Shown here in pieces: positions 49,788 through 58,721 of a DNA stretch of 64,000 bases (within the stretch, counting starts at the first letter, position 1; the number at the start of each line of letters is the position of its first letter). The DNA lies in assembly GCA_041589455.1 (NCBI GenBank), contig JBFHVQ010000005.1:41-64040 (forward strand). Reading direction: 5' to 3'. The notes under the pieces were generated by a model. That model worked only from the letters and a program-made list of their open reading frames with translations. It was not told the origin of the DNA and ran no database searches. This DNA is from Gammaproteobacteria bacterium (GTDB taxonomy: Bacteria; Pseudomonadota; Gammaproteobacteria; SZUA-229). A program made the translations under genes and the position numbers.

Positions 49788-52361
49788 ATGAAACAGGCAT
49801 TCTGGAATAAAGACTGGTTTGCGGGTCTTGCCATATGCATCATTATTGTTTCACTAGGTAAAGTCGGTACATTCGACGGCCTGGAGCGTGCCACCTATGA
49901 TCTGGGGGTTCGTACCTCAGACCGCATCCCCAGTGATAAAATCGCCATCATCGCCATTGATGATATCAGCATTGCCAATATTGGCCGCTGGCCATGGCCC
50001 CGTAATGTGCATGCCGAAATGCACCGAATCTTGCACAATGGCGGTGCCAAGGTCATTGGTCAAACAACTTTCTTTATTGAACCTCAAATTGACCCCGGCT
50101 TGCAGCACATACAGAATCTGCTCGAGTTTTATAGCACTAGCCAGCTGTCACAGTCCGAGCGTATTAGTGCAGCTCTGAATAGAGACATCGACTCTCTAGG
50201 TGAAAAGTTATTACAGGCAGAAATTGACCTTAACACAGACCAGAAACTGGCTGACAGCCTGCGAGATACAGGCAATGTTGTGCTTGCCATGCATATGAGC
50301 ATTGGTGTCCCTCTGGGCAAACCCGATACCAGCCTGCCCCAATACATTAATCGCAACCAGCTTGAGAAAATTAAAAACAACCCAACTCACAATCCATTTA
50401 ACCTGTTACCGCTACCAATCAATAATGTGCTTTACCCTATCCCTCAAATCGGTAAACAGGCCGACAGTATAGGCGCCCTTGCCGCCTACCCAGACCCTGA
50501 CGGGGGAATCCGCAGCGAACCACTAGTTGTCGATTACTATAATCAGATTTTTCCTTCACTGTCATTGCAGCTTGCCATGCGCAGCCTTAATTTAAAACCT
50601 GCAGATATTGTTATTAATCTGGGTGATAGTCTGCAACTGGGGCGCCTGAATATTAAGACCAATGATGAAATGCTCATGCATACCTTTTTCTATAATGACA
50701 AAAATGGTGTAAGTGCATTTCCGGTCGACTCATTTTATGATGTATTAGAAGGTAAAATTCCTGCCTCAAAATACCGCGGAAAAATTGTTCTTATCGGAGC
50801 GACGGCAACAGGTGTCGGTGACACCATGCTAACCCCCATTAATAGCAGCATGGCACCTGTACTCACACTGGCTCATTCTGTTTCAAGCATTCTTAACGAA
50901 GACTATTTTATCGAGCCTGCATGGAGTGAGCCGGCTATCGCGGGCATTATTTTATTTATTTCACTGTATATCATACTTGTCTTACCTCGACTCAAAGCCG
51001 GCGCGTCCGTCACCCTTACCATTGTCTTTCTACTGATACTCTTTTTAGGACAACAGGCTCTTATGGGAAGTCGCGGCCTCTGGCTACCTCTGGCAACACC
51101 CCTTATTCTACTGATTATTGGTCACCTGCTTCTCACCTCTCGACGTTACCTGACCACTGAAAAAGGTAAAATAGCACTGGACGCTGAATCTGCCGAATCC
51201 AACCGTATGCTTGGCCTGTCATTACAGGGCCAGGGACAGCTGGACGCAGCCTTTGATAAATTCCGTCGACTACCCAATAGCTCGGAAAAACTGGAACTTC
51301 TATACAACCTGGCGCTGGATTTTGAACGTAAACGTCAGTTTAATAAAGCCGGCTCGGTTTATCAGGTGATGCGTGACATTAATCCAAAATTTCGCGATAT
51401 CAAAAACCGTATTAACCGTGCTAATGCCATGGAGGAAACGGTTATCCTTGGAGGAAGCAATTCCAACGCCGCACAAAAGGGCTTGCTACTTAACAACAGT
51501 GGTGTCGAGAAACCCATGTTGGGTCGTTACGAAGTTGAAAAGGAATTAGGCAAGGGAGCCATGGGCGCAGTTTATCTTGGTAAGGATCCAAAAATTTCCC
51601 GTGTGGTTGCCATTAAAACCATGGCACTGTCTCAGGAGTTTGAAGAAGACGAACTACAAAATGTTAAAGAACGTTTTTTCCGTGAAGCTGAAACCGCTGG
51701 ACGTTTAAGCCACCCGAATATTGTAACAATTTATGATGCCGGTGAAGAACATGACCTGGCCTATATAGCGATGGAGTTCCTTAAGGGTAATGACATGGTG
51801 CAATACGGGAAACCCGATGCCCTGCTTCCTGTACCCCGTGTACTGGACATTATCCGTCGTGCTGCAGAGGCACTACACTATGCGCACAAGCAGAATGTAG
51901 TACACCGTGATATAAAACCTGCCAATGTTATGTACGAACCAAAAACCGATACGTTAAAAATCACTGACTTTGGTATTGCGCGTATCACTGATTCCAGTAA
52001 AACCAAAACCGGCATGGTGCTTGGCACACCTTCATATATGTCACCGGAACAACTCGCTGGTAAAAAAGTTGATGGCCGCTCTGATTTGTTTTCTCTGGGC
52101 GTCATGCTATTCCAGCTGGTCACAGGTCGATTACCTTTTCAGGGCGACTCCATGGCATCTCTTATGTATAAAATTGCCAATGAAGCACACCCTTCTGCTG
52201 ATAGCATTCGTCCTGAATTACCGCGGTGTGTCTCTGTTATCATTAACCGCGCCCTTACAAAGAACCCGGAGAAACGCTATCAGAATGGTGCCATGATGTC
52301 CGCAGACCTGCGTAAATGTCTGCAAATTATGGCGCAAAACAAGAAGGCTGCTAAATCATGA
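49788..52361 (+). CDS. CHASE2-domain transmembrane Ser/Thr protein kinase (CHASE2, TM helices, TPR-like linker, C-terminal Hanks kinase)
   Basis: CHASE2 signature IGRWPWPRN and TM helices at ~385-460. Kinase motifs are intact: GKGAMGAVY, VAIK, HRDIKPAN, DFG, SPE. Confidence 0.88.
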   Translation: MKQAFWNKDWFAGLAICIIIVSLGKVGTFDGLERATYDLGVRTSDRIPSDKIAIIAIDDISIANIGRWPWPRNVHAEMHRILHNGGAKVIGQTTFFIEPQIDPGLQHIQNLLEFYSTSQLSQSERISAALNRDIDSLGEKLLQAEIDLNTDQKLADSLRDTGNVVLAMHMSIGVPLGKPDTSLPQYINRNQLEKIKNNPTHNPFNLLPLPINNVLYPIPQIGKQADSIGALAAYPDPDGGIRSEPLVVDYYNQIFPSLSLQLAMRSLNLKPADIVINLGDSLQLGRLNIKTNDEMLMHTFFYNDKNGVSAFPVDSFYDVLEGKIPASKYRGKIVLIGATATGVGDTMLTPINSSMAPVLTLAHSVSSILNEDYFIEPAWSEPAIAGIILFISLYIILVLPRLKAGASVTLTIVFLLILFLGQQALMGSRGLWLPLATPLILLIIGHLLLTSRRYLTTEKGKIALDAESAESNRMLGLSLQGQGQLDAAFDKFRRLPNSSEKLELLYNLALDFERKRQFNKAGSVYQVMRDINPKFRDIKNRINRANAMEETVILGGSNSNAAQKGLLLNNSGVEKPMLGRYEVEKELGKGAMGAVYLGKDPKISRVVAIKTMALSQEFEEDELQNVKERFFREAETAGRLSHPNIVTIYDAGEEHDLAYIAMEFLKGNDMVQYGKPDALLPVPRVLDIIRRAAEALHYAHKQNVVHRDIKPANVMYEPKTDTLKITDFGIARITDSSKTKTGMVLGTPSYMSPEQLAGKKVDGRSDLFSLGVMLFQLVTGRLPFQGDSMASLMYKIANEAHPSADSIRPELPRCVSVIINRALTKNPEKRYQNGAMMSADLRKCLQIMAQNKKAAKS

Positions 52362-53182
52362 GCCTGAAAGAAAAAATACAGATCACCGGAATCACAGACG
52401 AAGGCCTGGTACGTGACCACAACGAAGATACTATAGGTCATGATGTAGATCTTGGTTTACTCGTGCTGGCAGATGGCATGGGCGGACACAAGGGTGGAGA
52501 AGTTGCCAGCGCTATGGCCGTTGACAGCATCCTACAGGAACTTCGTAACTGTTTACCTGAAACGCCGCCTGGAAAAATCGATGACAATACCGGCTACAGC
52601 CTGGAAAGCATGGCACTTGAAGCAGCGATTAAGAACGCCAATAGCAAAATTTATCAGGCTTCCAAAAATAACAAGAACTATGAAGGCATGGGTACCACGG
52701 TTGTTGTTCTTCTCTTTTATGATAACCGCATCACAGCAGCACATGTCGGTGACTCCAGACTATACAGAATGCGTGATAACATAATGGAACAATTAACCAG
52801 AGATCATACCCTGTTACAGGAGATGGTCGACCGTGGCTTCTACACCAAAAAGCAGGCATCAGAATCCCTCAATAAAAATCTGGTAACACGAGCAGTAGGC
52901 GTTAATCCACAGGTTGATGTAGACCTACTGGAAGAAGTGACCTTACAGGGAGATACTTATCTGCTCTGCTCTGATGGCCTCACCGACATGGTAACTGATG
53001 ATCTGATACATGACATTCAGTTAAACTACCGTGACGACCTGGAAAAAGCGAACAGGGAACTAATAAAGCAGGCCAAGGACTTCGGTGGTAAAGATAATGT
53101 GTCTGTCATGTTAGCAAAAGTTAATAAGGCATTCCCTAACGGCTCAGGCTGGTATTCACGAATTTTTGATTTATTCTCATAA
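52358..53182 (+). CDS. PP2C-family Ser/Thr protein phosphatase
   Basis: Motifs DGMGGH, VGDSR, CSDGL and GGKDNVS. The start overlaps the kinase stop (ATGA). Confidence 0.9.
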   Translation: MSLKEKIQITGITDEGLVRDHNEDTIGHDVDLGLLVLADGMGGHKGGEVASAMAVDSILQELRNCLPETPPGKIDDNTGYSLESMALEAAIKNANSKIYQASKNNKNYEGMGTTVVVLLFYDNRITAAHVGDSRLYRMRDNIMEQLTRDHTLLQEMVDRGFYTKKQASESLNKNLVTRAVGVNPQVDVDLLEEVTLQGDTYLLCSDGLTDMVTDDLIHDIQLNYRDDLEKANRELIKQAKDFGGKDNVSVMLAKVNKAFPNGSGWYSRIFDLFS

Positions 53183-53199
53183 TATAGACAGGTAATAAA

Positions 53200-53907
53200 A
53201 TGGCTACGATAGAAATCAGTTTCAATGGTGATGTTGTACAACAACTTGACCTGAACCAGGAAACCTTAACCATTGGTCGTAAGAATGATAACGACATTCA
53301 TCTGGATAACCTGTCGGTCAGTAGTCACCACGCCAGAATTACTACCCTGCTCAATGATTCGTTTATTGAAGACATGAATAGCACCAACGGTACATATCTA
53401 AATGGCACCCTGATTAAGAAAAGTCCACTTACCCACAATGACATTATTAAAATTGGTAAGCATCATCTCAAATACATTAATGAAAATGCAACAACAGGTA
53501 ATGACTTCGAAAAAACCATGATTATAAATCCTGATTCTGATGGCATGCAGGAAACAGAAGGTGGTACGGCTATCGATCAGTCTGTTGGAAAAATTGCCGC
53601 AGAAATCGCCAGCACAGACAGTGGTCACAGTAGCCACCATAGTGCCAGAATACGTTTAACCAGCGGCACAAACAATGGCCGAGAGCTACCCCTTACCAAA
53701 GTTCTGACTACTTTAGGCAAGCCCGGGGTTCAGGTTGCTGCCATAACGCGTCGACCTACTGGCTTTTTTCTGATTCATATCGATGGCGGTGAGGGTTCCA
53801 GCCGTCCCAAAGTCAATGATATTGAAATAGGCACACAGGCCCAGGCTCTGGTCAATGGCGATATCATTGAAGTCGCTGGCGTCAACATGACATTCCTGAT
53901 GGAATAA
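53200..53907 (+). CDS. FHA-domain protein: canonical N-terminal FHA plus a degenerate FHA-like C-terminal half
   Basis: The N-terminal half has GR...SxxH...NGT. The C-terminal half (ARIRLTSG...INGDIIEVAG) resembles an FHA beta-sandwich but lacks the phospho-Thr-binding residues. Confidence 0.85.
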   Translation: MATIEISFNGDVVQQLDLNQETLTIGRKNDNDIHLDNLSVSSHHARITTLLNDSFIEDMNSTNGTYLNGTLIKKSPLTHNDIIKIGKHHLKYINENATTGNDFEKTMIINPDSDGMQETEGGTAIDQSVGKIAAEIASTDSGHSSHHSARIRLTSGTNNGRELPLTKVLTTLGKPGVQVAAITRRPTGFFLIHIDGGEGSSRPKVNDIEIGTQAQALVNGDIIEVAGVNMTFLME

Positions 53908-53915
53908 CCAATAGT

Positions 53916-53972
53916 AAAGACGTGTTTTCCTGTCTTTTATTTAGAAATAGACATTAAGACATGCACGTCTTT
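53916..53972 (+). terminator. Long imperfect hairpin (outer arms AAAGACGTG / CACGTCTTT) followed by T-rich sequence, after the FHA gene
   Basis: Read directly. The internal pairing is imperfect. Confidence 0.35.
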
Positions 53973-54046
53973 GCATATTATTTATTTCATCCAGTTGAAC
54001 GCCTCTATCGCTATTAAAAATAGCGTTTACCTACTCGAGTTTCCAA

Positions 54047-54454
54047 ATGAAAAAAACCCTGTGTCCATTTTCCAAACCCATAATTGGTGGCTGGTGCAAA
54101 TGCCAGCACGCAAATATGGATGAGCGCTGTGCCGGAAAAATGACCTGCCTCCAGGCCGACAAATATCTCAATAACTGCTATAAACTCGTTGATATTTTCA
54201 AAGATAAATCCAGATTTGTATTGGGACTTAGTACAGACGAAAACGAATTAACCCACAAACAATTAATGCAAATACGCTGCGGCGGCTTATTAGGTATGCA
54301 ACGTATATTATGCAATCAGCAACAACAACCCGATGTCATAGAAATACAGCAACTTGCACAACAAAAATACCAGAATGTTTTAGCATTCCCTTTTAGTGAG
54401 ATTGTCCGTGACATAAAAATTTTTTCGCACCGTGATAAGCGAAAACAGCGTTAA
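54047..54454 (+). CDS. Hypothetical Cys-rich protein (135 aa; six Cys in the first 45 residues, basic C-terminus)
   Basis: An ORF with ordinary composition on the same strand as the kinase operon. I recognise no family. Confidence 0.55.
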   Translation: MKKTLCPFSKPIIGGWCKCQHANMDERCAGKMTCLQADKYLNNCYKLVDIFKDKSRFVLGLSTDENELTHKQLMQIRCGGLLGMQRILCNQQQQPDVIEIQQLAQQKYQNVLAFPFSEIVRDIKIFSHRDKRKQR

Positions 54455-55206
54455 CCATTAAGCACCTGCACCTGCAGAAACACACATCAAACACACCATT
54501 CCAAACAGCATTATTTGTTGCCCACGAGAAAAACAAAAGAAAAAGCATCCGATTAATAACAAGAATTTAACTTAATCTGATGATGCTTTGTAGATAGATG
54601 GTTCAAGTTAAATTTTCGCATGGACAAACTCTTACATCTATCAGATTATGACTTCGAAAATTTCAAGACCTTACAAATCTTAATCCATAATTGATTAAAT
54701 CGTCACAGCAAAAATATACAATTGGTGATCAAGCACCTTGAAGACAAGTGGTTTCCCGAAAAATCATGCGAGAACGACGGATCTATGCAAAAGCCATGGA
54801 TCATGAGCAGCTTTAAATTAACAGTCAATAATTCCTCCCTAGTTTTGTGTTTCTTTGCGTTCATTTGAGGATTCATCTGCTTGTGGCTTTCCTGTTATAG
54901 GAAATTAACACTTGTTATAATATGCTGCCATACTTACAATTTATTTCTGGTTTTCCCGTTTATTATTTTTTCTTTTCCTTTGGATCATCAATATAATAAC
55001 CTTAACTTAAAATAAGTGATTACCATGAAAACCCAGAAAACACTAAAGTAAAGCGTTTGTTTTCTTTTACTTTTAAAATAAACCGCAACAACAGGCACAC
55101 CAATTATAAAGCCTAACAAAGTAATACCCGTTATTATTATATCTATAAATTCCGATATTAACTTACCTTCAGGCTTACATTAATCAGAATTCCATATTTA
55201 ATAATC

Positions 55207-55222
55207 TGGCAAGCCAATAGCA
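55207..55222 (+). promoter_or_regulatory. Candidate sigma-54 promoter TGGCAA-gccaa-TAGCA
   Basis: The GG-N10-GC spacing is correct and 11 of 14 defined positions of YTGGCACGrNNNTTGCW match. The -13 T is replaced by A. It lies ~280 nt upstream of the cytochrome gene, and a sigma-54 activator gene is adjacent. Confidence 0.25.
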
Positions 55223-55503
55223 CTCTATGACTAAATTTCATTCGAGGTCGCTTAGCACTATCATCAACACAATTACTTCCACATTAAAATCACCAAGTTG
55301 TACTGTATATAAACCCAATAACAAACCCTATAAAGTTGAATGATCAGCCACGCTTTATGCTTTCAATGTCCATGAAAAATTTTTAAACGAATATCACTAC
55401 TTGTCCCAGATCAATTTCTCTTAACCAAAATCAATTAAAACATTCTTATTCCCATGTAAAATAACCAATTAATGTCATAGCTTCGATCAGAACAGGCGAG
55501 CAC

Positions 55504-56343
55504 ATGAACACACGAAACCTTATATTATTCATTAGCTTATTACTGCTTAGCCTGCCAGCTAGCAGCAGCAATGAGACTGAGGTTAAGCTCCCACCTGAGT
55601 CACTTGAGCAATGGTATAAACCCAGCAATAAAAGACAGGCCTGGCTACACACCATGTTTAAGCTGCGCCGAGAAATGCAGGCCATTGATGAATACGCTAA
55701 AGCTGGTGATTATTCCCGTATGGAAAAATGGCTGTCACGTCTGGATAAGCATTACAATACTATTGCTGAAATGGTGCCGGAATGGCAGCACCGAATTAAA
55801 CCACAGCTTATGCTAGATCTTAAAAACTTTACTCGGCAAAAGGATCTGATAAGAATTAACAAAACTCTAAACTCTATTCGCCGTACTTGCAATGACTGCC
55901 ATGATGACTTCCAGACTGTCGCGACAACCCTGTATCGAACACCGAATTACGATGATATTGAAATCATGAGCAGCAAAGGACGAAAACAATCACTAGATGA
56001 TAATATGAACGAAATGTCAATGTCAGTTAATAGCTTGTTAATTGCCCTGGACGACAACAGAAAAGCAGCCGCACTACGAGCTAGAGACCATCTCGCATCA
56101 CAGCTAGAGTTTCTGGAAGAAAGCTGTAACAGCTGCCATAAAGACGACCCCTATCCCAGGGAACGCATACTGGGAAATACCACACAGCAACAGTTACTAT
56201 CGCTGAAAAAACATATACAACAGGACCGCATTAAAGATAGCCAGAAATTAATGGGGCAGATCGCCGTTAATGTCTGTTCACGCTGCCACAATATACATCG
56301 AACACTTTACGAAGTCCGTAAAGTTATATTATCCGAACACTAA
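55504..56343 (+). CDS. Secreted putative tri-heme c-type cytochrome (three helical modules, each ending in CXXCH)
   Basis: A signal peptide, and in-frame CNDCH (55888-55902), CNSCH (56125-56139) and CSRCH (56275-56289). Confidence 0.7.
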   Translation: MNTRNLILFISLLLLSLPASSSNETEVKLPPESLEQWYKPSNKRQAWLHTMFKLRREMQAIDEYAKAGDYSRMEKWLSRLDKHYNTIAEMVPEWQHRIKPQLMLDLKNFTRQKDLIRINKTLNSIRRTCNDCHDDFQTVATTLYRTPNYDDIEIMSSKGRKQSLDDNMNEMSMSVNSLLIALDDNRKAAALRARDHLASQLEFLEESCNSCHKDDPYPRERILGNTTQQQLLSLKKHIQQDRIKDSQKLMGQIAVNVCSRCHNIHRTLYEVRKVILSEH

Positions 56344-56359
56344 ATCAGGACTAAAAGAC

Positions 56360-56590
56360 ATGCCTAATAAGAAAGGTTTACTTCAGAAAATTTCATTTGT
56401 ATCGGGAGTTATCAGTTTCATGATCGCTGTAATTACGGGTATTGCTTTGTATTACCAGATACAGGGCGTAGAGAGCAACAACCCTGTTACTGCCAGCCTG
56501 GGTGCGTCTGTCTTTTTCTTTGTATGTGTAGGCATTGTCCTGACGATGATTGGTAAAGCAGATATTCCGAGTTTTAAATTTAAACCATAA
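56360..56590 (+). CDS. Small two-TM membrane protein (76 aa)
   Basis: ATG at 56360, 16 nt after the cytochrome stop. It has two hydrophobic helices. The longer track ORF (56270) overlaps the cytochrome gene. Confidence 0.5.
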   Translation: MPNKKGLLQKISFVSGVISFMIAVITGIALYYQIQGVESNNPVTASLGASVFFFVCVGIVLTMIGKADIPSFKFKP

Positions 56591-56750
56591 ACTTGAAGAT
56601 GCGCGGTACTCAGACGGCAAATCAGATATTTTCTGTATAGTGATTAAATCCGTAAGCACACGCCTACTATGAATAGTTAAAATAAATAACAACAGCCCAT
56701 TGGCATTACTCAACAGGATTATGCTTCACTGATAACTATCTGAAGTGATT

Positions 56751-57698
56751 TTATGCGCTGATTTCGTATTTCTTTAATCGATATAAAAATACATCACGAC
56801 TTATACCTAACAAACGAGCGGCTCTGGACTTATTACCAGAAGATGCTTCAAGCGCCTGATGTAATAGATCGACTTCAAGCTCATCAAAACGAATACCCGT
56901 TGAGGGCAATTTAAAACCACAACTCTCAGTTTGTATTTGATGTATATGAGGTGGCAAATTACTTTCTTCTATTGTCTTTCCCTGCAATAAAATCAATAGT
57001 GATTCGCAAAGGTTTCTAAGTTCTCTTACATTACCTGGCCAGGGATAGTGTTGAAGTTTTTTAATTGCGGCCGATGAAATTTTTGGCACACTCAGACCGT
57101 GCTGATTTGATAATTCAGAAAAGAAATGCTTTACCAGGTAAGGAATATCCTGCCGACGTTGTGCCAGGGTTGGTAACTCCAGTGGTACAACTTTCAGACG
57201 GTAATAGAGATCCTCTCTGAACTCACCATTTTTGATCTGTTGCTGTAGATCACGGTTAGTTGCAGCAATAATTCTGACATTGGTCTTAAGCGGCTTATTG
57301 TCTCCCACTCGCTGACATTCACCATACTCTATAAAACGGAGTAATTTGGCCTGAACCGCTAGCGATAGCTCACCGATTTCATCCAGAAACAGCGTGCCAC
57401 TTTCTGCTTGCTGCACAAACCCGGAGTGATCTCTGTCGGCACCGGTAAATGCGCCCTTTTTATGACCAAATAACTGGGACTCGACAAGTGATTCCGGCAG
57501 AGCTGCACAGTTTACTGCAACAAAATGTTGTTTATTACGAGAACTGGATTCGTGCAGTGCTCTAGCAAGCAGCTCTTTGCCAGTCCCTGTGGCGCCTTCA
57601 ATTAACACGGTCGCATCGGTAACGGCTATCATGCCAGCGGTATTAATCACCTGCTGAAGTTCTGCTGAACACCCAATTAATTGTGAAAAATGATTCAT
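56751..57698 (-). CDS. Sigma-54-dependent transcriptional activator with only the AAA+ and HTH domains (no N-terminal sensory or receiver domain)
   Basis: Walker A GATGTGKE, an intact GAFTGA loop, and the C-terminal HTH AARLLGISRDVFLYRLKKY. The AAA+ domain starts within ~8 residues of the N-terminus. Confidence 0.88.
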   Translation of the reverse strand: MNHFSQLIGCSAELQQVINTAGMIAVTDATVLIEGATGTGKELLARALHESSSRNKQHFVAVNCAALPESLVESQLFGHKKGAFTGADRDHSGFVQQAESGTLFLDEIGELSLAVQAKLLRFIEYGECQRVGDNKPLKTNVRIIAATNRDLQQQIKNGEFREDLYYRLKVVPLELPTLAQRRQDIPYLVKHFFSELSNQHGLSVPKISSAAIKKLQHYPWPGNVRELRNLCESLLILLQGKTIEESNLPPHIHQIQTESCGFKLPSTGIRFDELEVDLLHQALEASSGNKSRAARLLGISRDVFLYRLKKYEISA

Positions 57699-57726
57699 AA
57701 GATCCCAGTTCTCTTTTCGAAATTAA

Positions 57727-58446
57727 TTACATTGTATGGTGATGATGCTCATGGCCACCATCGACACCAAAAAACAGGCTGGCGATTGCGCTGATAACCA
57801 GTGCTGCCCCGAGTATTTGTCGTGCTCGCTTCGACTGCCCCAGTTTCCTGACCCAGCCGAGCATAATGCCAGCTGAAAGCATCGCAGGCAGAGTCCCTAA
57901 ACCAAAAGCTCCCATCATCAGGGCGCCCTCCAGTGTAGAGCCCGCGGTAACTGTCATTAGCAATACCACATAGACCAGACCACATGGCAACCAGCCCCAG
58001 AGCATACCGTATAGAAATGCCTGCCAGCTTACCTTGACTGGCATCAAGCGACGCGCCATTGGCTCGATCTGTTTCCAGACAGGCTGACCGATCTTCTCCA
58101 GCTGGATTAGCTGGGGAAACCAGCCTCCCAGGTAGAGACCTATCGCTGCAATAAACCCGGCACCTAATACACGCAACACCGTATGAGCGGCATCATCATC
58201 CAGGCCGAGCATGGCCAGAACCTCTACCCCAAAGGTTGCCGCTAGCGCCCCTGCCAGCATATAGCTGCTGAGACGACCGAGGTTATAGCTGGTTACTAAC
58301 AGACCCAGGCGCATACGGTTGTTTCTAACATCAGCCGGCAGGCTCATACTCAGAGCCCCCATAATACCACCGCACATCCCCAGGCAGTGCAGACTGCTAA
58401 GCAGTCCAATCACCAGCACCGAGGAAATAGTTTGTGGAGAATCCAA
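57727..58446 (-). CDS. DsbD_2/UreH-like polytopic membrane protein with a His-rich C-terminal tail (GGHEHHHHTM)
   Basis: Six predicted TM helices, the motif HCLGMCGG in TM1 and a TTG start. It lies 28 nt upstream of the activator gene on the same strand. Confidence 0.7.
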   Translation of the reverse strand: MDSPQTISSVLVIGLLSSLHCLGMCGGIMGALSMSLPADVRNNRMRLGLLVTSYNLGRLSSYMLAGALAATFGVEVLAMLGLDDDAAHTVLRVLGAGFIAAIGLYLGGWFPQLIQLEKIGQPVWKQIEPMARRLMPVKVSWQAFLYGMLWGWLPCGLVYVVLLMTVTAGSTLEGALMMGAFGLGTLPAMLSAGIMLGWVRKLGQSKRARQILGAALVISAIASLFFGVDGGHEHHHHTM

Positions 58447-58721
58447 TTAATTACGCCTGTTATAGTCAGCCATAGATTAACCAAGACCCCTTAGAATCGC
58501 CAATTGGTTAATTTTTCTCTAGGAATGGCTATTTTAATCGAGACACACCACCGAATAAAGAGTTAGCTATATCTAATATAAATCAACCTGTCACCCTCCA
58601 CCCAGTTAATACATTGAATAGACTGATGCTTTGGTTCTACTCAGATAGACTATACTCAAGCATATAGCCACGAATTATAAAAAACTCTAAGAATATTCAG
58701 CACTTACTTATTAATCACCAG

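Noticed and set aside
53960-53976. Sigma-54 promoter upstream of the 135-aa gene (atGCACGtctTTGCAt)
   Set aside because: The -24 GG is replaced by TG, and the GG-to-GC spacing is one nucleotide short.
54930-55170. Small hydrophobic ORF on the minus strand (...LLGFIIGVPVVAVYFKSKRKQ...)
   Set aside because: It has no ATG or GTG start and no ribosome-binding site. At best it gives ~42 aa from an internal TTG, in an AT-rich region where such frames arise by chance.
58470-58500. Sigma-54-like GG-N10-GC element on the minus strand upstream of the DsbD_2-like gene
   Set aside because: The flanking bases fit poorly (TGGTTA...TGGCT), and it would leave only a ~10-nt leader.
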